IMG/VR virus record: IMGVR_UViG_3300036832_000301
Location: 1-59,931 of that record
DNA: 59,931 nucleotides
Reading direction: 5' to 3' (one strand)
Source of the DNA: a virus
Lineage: Duplodnaviria; Caudoviricetes
The notes below the pieces were generated by a model. That model had not been told where the DNA came from, did not search any database, and saw only the letters and a list, made by a program, of their open reading frames with translations. Made by a program: the position numbers and the translations under genes. Positions 38,967-49,289 of this stretch are shown here, one piece after another (position 1 is the first letter of the stretch; each line of letters starts with the position of its first letter).

Positions 38967-39598
38967 GCGGCGACCTCCTCGATTGGCCCATACTGCGCCG
39001 ACAGCCGCTCAACCCGCTCGGCGACGTCGGCCAGGAAGGCGCGGACCTCGCCCTCAAGCTCTAGGATACGCGACAGGTCGCGAGGGACGCGCTGCACGGC
39101 CAGTTGCATCCGGGTCGGCAGGCGCGGATCGAAGCTGACGAAGTCGCACCACAGCCGCCCGGTGCAGGCCATCTGCCATTGCATTTGGGTTAGATAGTTC
39201 GCCGCGATCTTGCCGCCGAGCAGGCTGTCGATATGGGTGGCGGTGTTCGGGCATTTGATCTCGACCAGCCCATCGGTCTCGACGTAGGCGTCGGGGCTCG
39301 CCCCGGCCCACATGATCTCCGGGTGGTCGATGAATTCGGCGTCTATTACAAGCAGGCCGCAGCGGTCGGCGTAGGCGAGTTTCGCCGCCGCCTCGTTGTC
39401 GATCCCCCACTGCATCGGACCGCTCACATAGTTCGGGGTCAGACTGCCGGTCAGCCGCTCGGCGATGAGTTCGGCGGCGTAGTTGATCCGCTGCGCGGAT
39501 ACGCCTGTCTTGGTGGCGGCGATGATGTCGGCGATCCGACTGGCGGTCGCCTTGCCGAGCCGTTGTGCATACCACTCGGGGCTGCGCTGCTGGATCAT
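38963..39598 (-). CDS. Lambda-exonuclease/YqaJ-family exonuclease
   Basis: QRSPEW..RLGKATAS, GASPD, EIKCP, QMQWQM, FVSFDPR. Confidence 0.93.
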   Translation of the reverse strand: MIQQRSPEWYAQRLGKATASRIADIIAATKTGVSAQRINYAAELIAERLTGSLTPNYVSGPMQWGIDNEAAAKLAYADRCGLLVIDAEFIDHPEIMWAGASPDAYVETDGLVEIKCPNTATHIDSLLGGKIAANYLTQMQWQMACTGRLWCDFVSFDPRLPTRMQLAVQRVPRDLSRILELEGEVRAFLADVAERVERLSAQYGPIEEVAA

Positions 39599-40143
39599 GG
39601 CTGCATCCCGCTGAATAGATCGCCAGCGTCACGTCGCCGGTTTTGTCGCGGCGGAAGCGGTTGACTGCTCCCGATCAGGAGTGGCGGATGGTCTGGGAAT
39701 GTCCGCAGGTCGCAGTGCATAAAACAACTGCCATCACCGTTCCTCTTTTCGCCCATCTTGAAGCCTGGGGGGCGGCGGATTAGGGCCGCGCGGATGGCCT
39801 TCATATTGATCAACCACCACGCCGCAAAGCCGGTCTCAGCATCATCGCTGTGGCCGTAAAAGAACCAATCAGCGAAGCCATCGACGATCTTCTGGAGCTC
39901 GGTTCTTGCGCCGCTCTCGCATCGCGACCGCAGGGTCACGTCATAGAGGTATCGCCCTATGTAACCTGGGGTGCGCACGCGCGCCGCGATCATGCAGCCG
40001 TGCGCCGTGAAGATCATTAGGTCGGCGGCTTGCGTGCAGTCGATCTCCTCTGGTGTGGTGGTGAGAAGGTATGGCCCGACGATTTGTTTGATCGTCGGAG
40101 TGAAGCGGTCGGACCACGCGCGGCGTTCTGCGTATGACATCAA
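39595..40143 (-). CDS. Hypothetical, possibly PD-(D/E)xK-like partner of the MT-A70 gene
   Basis: Coupled to MT-A70 gene; ADL...ARVR...TELQKI..G.ADWFFYG. Confidence 0.5.
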   Translation of the reverse strand: MMSYAERRAWSDRFTPTIKQIVGPYLLTTTPEEIDCTQAADLMIFTAHGCMIAARVRTPGYIGRYLYDVTLRSRCESGARTELQKIVDGFADWFFYGHSDDAETGFAAWWLINMKAIRAALIRRPPGFKMGEKRNGDGSCFMHCDLRTFPDHPPLLIGSSQPLPPRQNRRRDAGDLFSGMQP

Positions 40144-41324
40144 CCGGCCCTCCCGAATTTGCCGAGCTCGTTGCCGTACTGGTCGAAGCCGTCGCGCGCC
40201 TCACGGGAGAACACGTCGATGCGGCGACCGGCGGTCACGCGCTGGATCAGGTCATAAAAATAATCTGGCTTGCGGCTGTGCTCGCGGCGCGGAGCCTCGA
40301 AGCAAACCGGGAACGCTTTCGTGTCGATGAAGGCCGGGGAGCCCTTGCGGGCATAGACGGCGAACTCGCAATTATATTGCGGCAGGCCGACCGGCTGGAA
40401 GCCGCCCGGCTTGTGCCAGACCATCGTCAGGACATAGCGCAGGCCCCATCCATCGAGCAGTCGCAACGCGACCGGCAAGAACCTCTGCGTCGTCCAGATA
40501 AAGGCGTGGCAATCGTCGGCCATCATCGCGCGCAAGGGATCGCCAAGGTCCGCGATCTCCTCCTCGCTCATGGTCGGGTAATCGAACCCCACCTGATTAG
40601 GGAACAGGTCGCGCTCGATCCTTTCCATCGGCCAGGGTGGGTCGACGACCAGCACGTCATAGACCCCGGCGGCGGCTTTCACCTCGACGGCGGCGACACC
40701 TTCCAGCGCCTCGATTAGCGCGTCGCGTTTCATTTTGCGGGTCGCGGCGGTGGGCTTGAGTTTCCCGGCACGGACCTTCTCGGCTAGATCGGGCCGCTTC
40801 GCATCAAGCTGGATCGCCTGCTCGATTGCGCCCCGGTTGGTGCCCGACGCCTCGGCCAAGGCTTCGGCCCCGGCCTTGCTGTGCGAGGTCGCCCCACTGG
40901 TTGTGGGGTCACCTGATGACGCGAGCCGGGTGCCGTCCTCGGTGCGCGGCTGCGCCTTCGCCGCCTCGCTGCGCTTCCGGTTGGCCTCGGCGGCGATCTC
41001 GTCGACCCGGCGCTGTAGTTCGCCGGATTGGCGGATGGCGTTCAGAAAGATCGCTGCGCGCTGCCCGGCGGATAGGTCCCGGCGCTCGGCATTGGCCGTC
41101 CAGGTGTAAGCGACTGGGTCGCCGATATAGTCCATGAAGCGCGGCACGACTCCCGCCTCCTCGCAGGCTTTGAAGCGGTTGCGTCCGTCGAGGATCGCGC
41201 CGCTATGCAGCACGATGGGATGCAGTAGCCCGTCGTTCCGGATGCTCTCGACCAGCGACGCGAACCGCTCGGCGTCCATCATCGGGAACAGTGCGGCTGC
41301 GGGGTGCTCGGCGCGCTCGGTCAT
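40140..41324 (-). CDS. ParB-like + MT-A70 family adenine methyltransferase
   Basis: ILDGRNR...AC N-domain; VVDPPW, YPTM, REHSRKP. Confidence 0.9.
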   Translation of the reverse strand: MTERAEHPAAALFPMMDAERFASLVESIRNDGLLHPIVLHSGAILDGRNRFKACEEAGVVPRFMDYIGDPVAYTWTANAERRDLSAGQRAAIFLNAIRQSGELQRRVDEIAAEANRKRSEAAKAQPRTEDGTRLASSGDPTTSGATSHSKAGAEALAEASGTNRGAIEQAIQLDAKRPDLAEKVRAGKLKPTAATRKMKRDALIEALEGVAAVEVKAAAGVYDVLVVDPPWPMERIERDLFPNQVGFDYPTMSEEEIADLGDPLRAMMADDCHAFIWTTQRFLPVALRLLDGWGLRYVLTMVWHKPGGFQPVGLPQYNCEFAVYARKGSPAFIDTKAFPVCFEAPRREHSRKPDYFYDLIQRVTAGRRIDVFSREARDGFDQYGNELGKFGRAG

Positions 41325-41929
41325 TATCCCTCCGGAAGTTCGACGGTGACGGACGCGCTCGGCGTGAGAAGCCGGTCGGGCGGAACGTCGAGCACCACGT
41401 CGACGACCGGGGCTTGAAAGCACTGGTCGGGGATGCTCACCGCCAGCCGCACCGCGATCTCGCCGCGCCCCAGGATCGGCGTGCGCTTCGTCGCGCGCAC
41501 ATGGCCGAACTGGTCGAGGATCAGGAACGCCTTCGTCCTCATCCCGCGCCCTCCCGGTGCTGCTCGGCGATGTCGTTGAGCCACGCGCTCTGCCCGTTGG
41601 TCAGCGACCCGCGCCAGCCGGTCAGGCGTTGCAGGAACGCCCACTCGCGCGGCTGGAACGCCGCCTCGCCGAGCGCCAGCATCGCCGCCAGCAGCGGCGC
41701 GTGACGGGGATAAGGTTGCGGCGTCGGCATCAGTCGCGAGCTCCGATCCGCACCGCGTCGATCTTGGTCCGCAGCCGATCAAGCGCCGAGCGGACGTCCG
41801 CCAGGACCGCCGTGTCGGCTTGGCTCTTGGTGTGGGCTTCGGCGATCACCAGCCCGGCGTCGATCAAGTCGCTCACCGCCAGGATGATCCCGACCCGCAC
41901 CGCGCGGGCGAATTGGCTTTCGGTCAGCA

Positions 41930-42616
41930 TCAGCCTGCGCCCCCGAGCAGTTCGGTGTGGCGGCGCTCATGCAGCGCGTCGATCTTGGCGGCGGCGGCGG
42001 CGTCGGTCCCGGCGAGCTCGGCGCGCAGGTCTTTCGACAGGTCCCAGGCGCGGGCGAGATCGCGCAGGATGGTGACGTCGGTCAGGGTCTTCTCAAGGTG
42101 CGCCACGCGCTTCGCCAGGGTCGGACGCTCGGGCTCCTTCGGCGGGGCCAGGGGCGGCTTCGCGCCACTGCCAGAGCCGCGTCCTACCGCGCCCTCGCCG
42201 TCATCGTCCTCGCCTGCCGGGGCGACGGTGAGCAGCGATTGCAACGCCTGTCGCCGGGCATAGGTGAGCGCCGAGCCGTAGCCCTGCGCATCGCGCTTGC
42301 TGACCGGGATAGTATGCGTCGAGCGCAGCCATTGGCCGCTCTCGTGCAACAGGATCGTGGTCACCCGCACGCCGAGATCATCCGACGCGACCGGCTGCAG
42401 GACCGTGATCCCGGCCCCGTTCATCGCCGGAAGCACCGCCTCGGCGATCTCGCTCAGGCTCGCATACTTGGCGTTGAAGTGCGGGTTGGCGGCGTCCTTG
42501 GTGACCTTGGTGATCGCCGCCTGCGCCTTCGGCAGCGCCTTGGCGAGCTCGACGATCTCGGGGCTGGTGGTGATCGGGTCGGACCCGATGTTCATGTTCA
42601 CGACGGCGTCGCTCAT
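41930..42616 (-). CDS. erf: ERF-family single-strand annealing protein
   Basis: NPHF.AKYA.L, LLHESGQW, AQGYGSALTYARR, EDDDG. Confidence 0.92.
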   Translation of the reverse strand: MSDAVVNMNIGSDPITTSPEIVELAKALPKAQAAITKVTKDAANPHFNAKYASLSEIAEAVLPAMNGAGITVLQPVASDDLGVRVTTILLHESGQWLRSTHTIPVSKRDAQGYGSALTYARRQALQSLLTVAPAGEDDDGEGAVGRGSGSGAKPPLAPPKEPERPTLAKRVAHLEKTLTDVTILRDLARAWDLSKDLRAELAGTDAAAAAKIDALHERRHTELLGGAG

Positions 42617-43397
42617 GGCTTCCAGTCCGGTCGGGTTAGAACCATCGTGGCGATGCGGTTGGCGTGCTTGGCGAGCTCGCGCAGTTCGGCCACCGTGAGG
42701 ATGAGATCGCGCTCGATCCCGGCGCTGTCTTTCAGCGTCACCATGCCGCCGTGCTGGGTCTCGGTGATCGAGATCGTCCCCGGCGATTTCCCCGTGACGG
42801 GCACGATCAGGATCAGGCCCATGCGCGTCTTCGGTATGCGGCTGTGCGGATCATCTTTCACCGCCGCGACCGGCGCGGGCACGCTAGGCGTCGACGCGAT
42901 GGGCATGGCGTTCGCCTCGCGGTGACTTCCGCCGCGCACGGAAGATCACAGACAATTGAGCGGCCAGCGAACCGGGTTTTGCCCGGCCAGTCGTCAATCC
43001 AAGGAGCGCTGCGTCGATGCAGCGCTTGCACGCCGTCAGCCCGGCGAGCGCCTCGACCCTGGACGTCAGCGCGGCCTCTGGGGCGGCTTCGCCGCAGATC
43101 GAACACACTGTCCCATGTTGGCCCATAACGTCCCGTGGCGTCCCATAGTGTCCCATGTCTTCATCGGCATCTAGGGCGGAACCCTTAGATTTCAGCACTG
43201 CGTTGCATAGCGCCATGAAGTCATCATCTGGCATGTGCCGCACCATCATAAGCCGGGTGACGTCGCGAATAGGGTCGTCGGCCACTTGGTTTTCTCCCGC
43301 TTGCTTGTGGCCGAAACTTCGGCCCTGTATCCGGCGAATGTCAATGCGGCCATTCTCAGTTTCCAAACCCGCCAGTCGGGGCGTAATCCTAGCCGCC

Positions 43398-43616
43398 ATG
43401 CAAACCATCAGCGACCGTATGGCTAAGGTTGAAAGAGTCGCCACGCGGGTTGGCGTGCGAAAGCTTGCGCGCGAAGCGGGACTGTCGCGGACGACTGTCC
43501 AGTCATTCATGATGCGCGGCTGGCGACTTAAAAACCTATCGACTTGCGACAAGCTGATCGCGGCGGCTGATCGGCTAGAGCGACAAGCCCACCGCACATC
43601 ATCCGGCGCAGCGTGA
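43398..43616 (+). CDS. Cro-like HTH regulator
   Basis: RKLAREAGLSRTTV; first gene of the rightward operon. Confidence 0.6.
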   Translation: MQTISDRMAKVERVATRVGVRKLAREAGLSRTTVQSFMMRGWRLKNLSTCDKLIAAADRLERQAHRTSSGAA

Positions 43617-43620
43617 GACC

Positions 43621-44133
43621 GTGCGGGTCATCGGCATTGATCCAGGGAACTCAGGCGCGCTGGCTTTTTTGACTCTGGCCGATGGCCGACCGACCCACCT
43701 CGAAGTGATCGACATGCCGGTCGGGCGGGTCGGCGGGCGTGGCCGGGTCGACGAGTACGCGCTGGCCCGCGAGATCGACGCGCGGCTCAAGCCCGGCGAC
43801 GAGCCGTTCACCGCCGCGATCATCGAGCAGGGCGGCGTGCGCCCGCAGAACGGACGGGTCGGCGCGGCGACGTTCTGGGTCGGCGTCGGCGTGCTGCACG
43901 GTGTCCTGGCGGCGCACTTCATTCCGATTGAGCTCACCACGCCCGCGCACTGGAAGCGGTCGCTGCGGGTGACCGGCGACAAGGATGCCTCGCGGCTGCG
44001 GGCTTCGGCGATCTTCCCGCTGTGGTCGGCGCTGTGGTCGCGGGCGAAGGATCACGGTCGCGCCGAGGCGGCGCTGATCGCCCTGCACGGGGTTAATCAG
44101 CTTCCGGTCCGACAGGCGCGCACCAGCGCTTAA
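43621..44133 (+). CDS. RuvC-like Holliday junction resolvase
   Basis: IGIDPG, IIE, P..WK, DHGRAEAALIA. Confidence 0.85.
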   Translation: MRVIGIDPGNSGALAFLTLADGRPTHLEVIDMPVGRVGGRGRVDEYALAREIDARLKPGDEPFTAAIIEQGGVRPQNGRVGAATFWVGVGVLHGVLAAHFIPIELTTPAHWKRSLRVTGDKDASRLRASAIFPLWSALWSRAKDHGRAEAALIALHGVNQLPVRQARTSA

Positions 44134-44150
44134 AAGAGGGTGTTGGGCCG

Positions 44151-45989
44151 ATGGCCGACGAGGACGGATATGTTGCTGGTCGTTCGTCGCTCGCCGATTG
44201 GGCAAGCAAACTTCATGGTCGGATAGACACCGACGAGGACGGCCAGGACTGCATTCGCTGCCCTGGCCCCGGCCACAGTCTCGCCGACGACAGTATGCTG
44301 GTGCGCTTCGACGAGGAGGCCAGCGGCGGCTTCCGGGTGCAGTCGTTCTGCATCGCCGACGACGACCCGAAGATGCTGCGCGACTTCGTCCGGTCGATGG
44401 TCGGGCTGCCAAACTGGAAGCCGAACGGCAAGAGCAACGGTCACGCCAAGCCCAAGGCCAAGGGTGTGATCACTGATAAATATCCCTACCACGACGCCGA
44501 GGGTCAGCCGGTGCTGCTGGTCAATCGGCTGGTGCCGAAAAACTTCCTGCAACAGCGACCGGACGGCGCTGGCGGCTGGGATTGGGGCGGGATCGACGAA
44601 CTCGCCAAGGTGCCATTCCGGTTGCCTGAACTGATCGAGGCGGGCGGCAAGGGCCAGACCATCATCGTCAACGAAGGCGAGAAGGGCGCGCTGGCGTGTT
44701 GGGCCAACGGGCTCGCCGGAACCTGCTCGCCCGGCGGCGCTGGCAAGTGGCCGAAACACTTCGCGCAATGGTTCGCCGGGCTCGACGTGATCGTCTTGGC
44801 CGACAACGATGCGCCAGGGCGCAAGCACGCCGATCAGGTCGAGGCGAACCTGCGCGATGTCGCCGCGTCGGTGAAGATCATCAACCTGCCAGGGCTCCCG
44901 CCGGGCGGCGACATCTGCGACTGGCTCGCGGCTGGCGGCGACCCGGCGACCATCGTGAACCTGCGCGCCGGGCCGCCCGCGCGCGGGCTCACCGCCGTCG
45001 ATCTTTGGTCGATGATCTTCCCGCCGATCAAGTTCGCGGTGCCCGACATCATCGCCGAGGGGTTGACCCTGATCGCCGGGGCACCGAAGCGCGGCAAGTC
45101 CTGGCTGGCGCTCGATCTCTGCACCACCGTCGCGTTCGGCGGCATGACGCTCGGCGACCGCAAATGCATCGCGGGCGACGTGCTCTACTGCGCGCTCGAA
45201 GACAGCCCCCGCCGGATGAAAGAGCGCCTGCACCGGGTCTGCCAGTTACGCACCGGCCCGCCCGGTCGCCTGACGGTGTGGTTCGGCCCCGACCTGCCCC
45301 GGCTCGGCCAGGGCTGCGAGGAGGCGCTGCGGGAATGGCTGGTCGAGCACCCTGAGCGCCGCCTCGTGGTGATCGACACGCTCAACTACATCCGCCCCGA
45401 ACGGACGCGCGACGAGGACCCGTACAGCTACGACTACCGCTCGGCGACGCTCTTGCAGCGCATGGCGTCGGAATTCGGCGTCGCCATCGTGCTCGTCCAC
45501 CACACCAGAAAAACCGTCGCCGAGGACTATCTCGAAAGCATCAGCGGCACCAACGGGCTGACCGGCGGGTCGGACGCGGTGATCGTCTTGGAGCGCCAGG
45601 GTGACGGCTCGACGGTGCTGAAAGGCCGGGGCCGGGACATCGAGGAATTCGAACTCGCGATCAAGTTCGACAAGGACGAGTGCCGCTGGCGGGTGACCGG
45701 CGATGTCGAGGAGGCGCGGGACAACGGCGTCAAAGCGAAAATCCTGGCGCACTTGCGCGACGCGCCATGGCCGTTGACGGCGGTTGAGATCGCCGCCCAG
45801 GCCGGGCTCAGGCGCAACACGGTCGAGGTCAACCTATTCCGGATGGCGAACGCCGGTCAGGTGAGCCGGATCGGGCGCGGCAAATATGCGCTGCCCAGCG
45901 TCGGCGGTGACGCCGACCACACCATCGTCAGTTTCGGCCCGACCCGGTCGCGGCAAGAGCCGCCAGACGACGAGGACGACGGCGACTGA
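44151..45989 (+). CDS. TOPRIM primase + AAA (RepA-like) helicase fusion
   Basis: NEGEK, LADNDAPG, GDI.DW; Walker A GAPKRGKS, VVIDTL, VHHTRK; C-terminal winged helix. Confidence 0.9.
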   Translation: MADEDGYVAGRSSLADWASKLHGRIDTDEDGQDCIRCPGPGHSLADDSMLVRFDEEASGGFRVQSFCIADDDPKMLRDFVRSMVGLPNWKPNGKSNGHAKPKAKGVITDKYPYHDAEGQPVLLVNRLVPKNFLQQRPDGAGGWDWGGIDELAKVPFRLPELIEAGGKGQTIIVNEGEKGALACWANGLAGTCSPGGAGKWPKHFAQWFAGLDVIVLADNDAPGRKHADQVEANLRDVAASVKIINLPGLPPGGDICDWLAAGGDPATIVNLRAGPPARGLTAVDLWSMIFPPIKFAVPDIIAEGLTLIAGAPKRGKSWLALDLCTTVAFGGMTLGDRKCIAGDVLYCALEDSPRRMKERLHRVCQLRTGPPGRLTVWFGPDLPRLGQGCEEALREWLVEHPERRLVVIDTLNYIRPERTRDEDPYSYDYRSATLLQRMASEFGVAIVLVHHTRKTVAEDYLESISGTNGLTGGSDAVIVLERQGDGSTVLKGRGRDIEEFELAIKFDKDECRWRVTGDVEEARDNGVKAKILAHLRDAPWPLTAVEIAAQAGLRRNTVEVNLFRMANAGQVSRIGRGKYALPSVGGDADHTIVSFGPTRSRQEPPDDEDDGD

Positions 45990-46004
45990 TGGCGACGAAG
46001 ATCA

Positions 46005-46157
46005 AAACTTACACACTCCCCGAAAAGGCCCTGTTTTTAGGGCGTGTAAGTTTCAGTGTAAGTTTCTAATTCGGCATATAATTCAATGAGATAACGATAG
46101 GTTATCAGTGAAAACTTACAAACTTACACCCCTATATAGAGGGGGCTTTGTAAGTTT
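46005..46157. repeat. Putative replication origin with AAACTTACA iterons
   Basis: Direct copies at 46005, 46112, 46120; inverted copies at 46045, 46057, 46149; AT-rich; just after primase-helicase. Confidence 0.7.
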
Positions 46158-46631
46158 CGCGGAACGGGCCGAGAACATCGGAGGCAGATCATGGTGGCAA
46201 AGCGCGAGCGTAACATGACCTTGAAGCGCCTGCGGGCTGGGGCCGTCGTGCTCAAGACCGCCAGCGCCGAGGCACGCCACGGGGCCTTCTGGACCTATCC
46301 GGACACCGGCAAGGGCGCACCGTCCCAGGTCTGCGCGCATTTGGAAAAGATCGGGCTGCTGGTCACCGCCGACAGCCTGTTCCATGGCGAGAGCGGGCAG
46401 ACCTACCGCTATGCGCCGCCGCCTCGATGAGGCACTTGATCCTGTCGCTGATCGCGCTCGGGGCGATTGTCGCGGCGTACCTGATCACCCGCTGATCGGG
46501 GATGGGTTCCGGCCCCGCTGTGGTCTTGGGCTGCGTCGGAGAGAGGGGGATTACCTGCCGCTGTAGGATCGCAGCGAAGCCGGAATGGTCGCGCGGTGTT
46601 GTCGGCCTAGCAACCGGCGCGGACTGTGCGC

Positions 46632-46997
46632 CTAACCCGCCGACCGGGCAAGCACCGCGCGAAACTCGGGCGGCAGGAACACGTTCGGCCCGACGACCCG
46701 GAACATCGGCGCGATCTGGTGGGGCTGAAAGCCAGCCAGCCCGCAGCCGATAGGCGTGACATCGAAGCTGAGCTCGGGGCGGGCGTCGGCGAACATGATG
46801 AACCGATGCACCGCAAGGTTAATCTCGGTCAGCGATAAGGTCCGAAGGTCTGCGTCCTTCGTCGGGATCGCATAGCTCTCGCCCTGCAAGCCTTCGCCCT
46901 GTCCATAAATCGCGCCGCGATGCTGGCGAGCCCAGAGCGCCGCACCCTTGCCGTGGCGACCGGCGAGATTGGAGCCGAAGACGAAGATCAGCGTCAC
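46632..46997 (-). CDS. Conserved phage protein (IFVFGSN family)
   Basis: IFVFGSNLAGRHGKGAA...SYAIPTK...VTPIGCGLAG. Confidence 0.8.
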   Translation of the reverse strand: MTLIFVFGSNLAGRHGKGAALWARQHRGAIYGQGEGLQGESYAIPTKDADLRTLSLTEINLAVHRFIMFADARPELSFDVTPIGCGLAGFQPHQIAPMFRVVGPNVFLPPEFRAVLARSAG

Positions 46998-47206
46998 GCG
47001 CTAATCCGCCCGCCGGTGCCGCCAAAAGCGCGCTGCGAATGCTCGTCACAGTATGGCCGCCGCCCGGCTCGACCGCAGACCACCATGGTCGCCCCAGACC
47101 CGCCGAGCGGCCACTGACAGACGCAACGACCGGCGGCTTCGATAAACGGCACCCCGGCGACAGCCGAAGGTTCCGACAGGGCTGGGGCCGGATGCAGCGG
47201 TTTCAT
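46994..47206 (-). CDS. GcrA C-terminal-domain-only protein
   Basis: CQWPLG...CG...PYCDEH..RAF matches GcrA C-terminal pattern; no N-terminal HTH. Confidence 0.7.
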   Translation of the reverse strand: MKPLHPAPALSEPSAVAGVPFIEAAGRCVCQWPLGGSGATMVVCGRAGRRPYCDEHSQRAFGGTGGRISA

Positions 47207-47509
47207 CGTCTAGCTCCCCTTGCGCAGTCCATCAGCCAATCCCGAAGTTCGGTAAGGCCGGTCGATGTGGCTGACCGGCGTCCGATCAGCGAAGTGGTCT
47301 CGGCCCGATAGACGCCACCGCCGATTGACCATGCCCGGCCAAGCAACTCGCCGGTGTCGGCGCGAAGGTCCCAGGCCCCGCTCTCTCGGCTCCATTCAAA
47401 GATCACGGCGCATTGCAGTCTGCTATACAGGGTTGCAAACAGGCCAGTTTTAAGCATTCATCGCAAGCGGCCGAAATTTCGGCCTAGCCTGATCACGGAG
47501 GCTTCAGAC

Positions 47510-47905
47510 TTGTCGGACAGGAAACCCTACACAGGACGGGCTCAGCAGGCTGCGCCGAGGCGTCCGAATTTCATCCCGTCAACGCCCAATTACTTGAAAT
47601 ATAACTGGCTGGATAAAGACCCCGACATGGACCTGATCGTCGCGCTGATCGGCGAAGCTGGTTTCAGTCCGGAAGACGTCGAGCACGAGACTGAGAAGCT
47701 CGGCCACAAGGTCTCGCGCTACACGGTGATGAACTGGCTCTATGGCGGTGTCCGCCGCCCGCAAAACTACACCATGACCATCGTCGCGCTGGCCTGCGGC
47801 TACACGAAGACCTGGGCTCCGATGAGCGCCGCGAAGCCGGTGACCGCCGAGACCCAAAACCCAACATCGAGACCACCGGAGACCCGCACGCATGTCAGGC
47901 ATTGA
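47510..47905 (+). CDS. HTH-like DNA-binding protein
   Basis: TTG start after GGAGG; VSRYTVMNWLYGGVRRPQNYT. Confidence 0.55.
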   Translation: MSDRKPYTGRAQQAAPRRPNFIPSTPNYLKYNWLDKDPDMDLIVALIGEAGFSPEDVEHETEKLGHKVSRYTVMNWLYGGVRRPQNYTMTIVALACGYTKTWAPMSAAKPVTAETQNPTSRPPETRTHVRH

Positions 47906-49022
47906 TCCGCTTCGACTGGCGCAGTTCATGGTGCTGCCCGGCGCGGCTGAGCTCGTCGAGTCCTTCTCGGCGATCCCGCCGGGACCGCTGCGCGACAGCA
48001 TCGTGCATCACGCCAGGATGATCGCCGACAGCTACAGTCGCACGGATGCGCGCAGCATCCAGCCACAGCCCGCGCCGCGACTGGCGAGCCCCTTCGCCGA
48101 AGGGTTGAGCTCGACCAGCGCCGAAGGCCAGATCGTCGAGCGCGCGCTGCGTGGCGAAGCCCCGCACGTCATCGCCGCCGATCTTGGGCTCAAGCTGGGA
48201 CTGGTCGTGTCGCTGATGCGCAAGGCTCGCCAGGAAGGCGGCGTCACGTTCCCCGGCGACAATGATGGCGGGAAGTCGAAAGCTCGAAAGCCCAGCAACG
48301 CCAAAGGCAAGAAACTCAACCTTGAGCGCTTCCCGGTCCCCGACCCGCCGTACTGGTGGGAAGACCCGGCGTCGCCGATCTGGGACAATCCGGCGATCCT
48401 TCCGACGATAATCGAAGACCCGAAGGGCTCGATGGCCGGGCTCGGGCCGCTCGACCGGCGGGCGTATTCGTCGATGGCCCTGGCGGCGGCGCGGCAGGGT
48501 ATCACCATGCGAGACCTGATCGCGCAGCGTTACGAAATGCTACGGCGGATTGACGCTGGCGAGTTGCCGAGCGCAATCGCGGTGGCGCTGCGGACCACGC
48601 CTGACAAGGTCTATGGGTTGCTGGCGCGGGTCGGACGCTCGCGGATGCAAGAGATGAACGCCCGGCCCCTGGTAGGGAAGCCGCAGGAAGCCCCACCAGC
48701 CGCCGCCGCGCCTACCCTACCCGACGACTCGCCAGCGCCGCCCACGCCCGCTCTTGCGCCCGGCGACGCCGCGCCTAGTTCCGACCCGCACGGGTCGTTG
48801 CGGCTCGCGGCGCAAAAATGGGGCTTCACCACCGTCACTCGCTACGAGGACATGCGCAGGCGAGTCCACGACCTGCGGATGGCCGGATGGCACCGGATAC
48901 AGATCAGCCGGGAAACCGGGATGTCGGTGGACTTCGTGAAGATCGCGATCCAGCACTGGCGGCGCAATGGCGTGGTCTTCCCCGAAGCCCGGTTCAAGCT
49001 GGCGAACAAGGCTGTCGCATGA
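47892..49022 (+). CDS. Multi-HTH hypothetical protein
   Basis: Three HTH-like segments (IAADLGL, IAVALRT, ISRETGMS). Confidence 0.55.
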   Translation: MSGIDPLRLAQFMVLPGAAELVESFSAIPPGPLRDSIVHHARMIADSYSRTDARSIQPQPAPRLASPFAEGLSSTSAEGQIVERALRGEAPHVIAADLGLKLGLVVSLMRKARQEGGVTFPGDNDGGKSKARKPSNAKGKKLNLERFPVPDPPYWWEDPASPIWDNPAILPTIIEDPKGSMAGLGPLDRRAYSSMALAAARQGITMRDLIAQRYEMLRRIDAGELPSAIAVALRTTPDKVYGLLARVGRSRMQEMNARPLVGKPQEAPPAAAAPTLPDDSPAPPTPALAPGDAAPSSDPHGSLRLAAQKWGFTTVTRYEDMRRRVHDLRMAGWHRIQISRETGMSVDFVKIAIQHWRRNGVVFPEARFKLANKAVA

Positions 49023-49289
49023 TGGGTTTGGAATTAGAGGCTGTCGAGGCGCTTGATCGCGGGATCAAGGCGCTTGGGGCGTCGATCCGCTGGCAGACTG
49101 CCGCCGCTGCCGTGGTGATGGGCGGGCCGACAGCCATGCACCGCCGATTGATCGAGCTTGCGGTCGAGAGCGACGAGATCGCCCGCGTCGAGCTCAACAA
49201 GGTGCGCGAGTTACTCGGCGGCGTAACCGAGCCAGACCCCGCCGAACCACCACCGCCACGACCGGACGACTGATCCCGGAGAACGCCCA

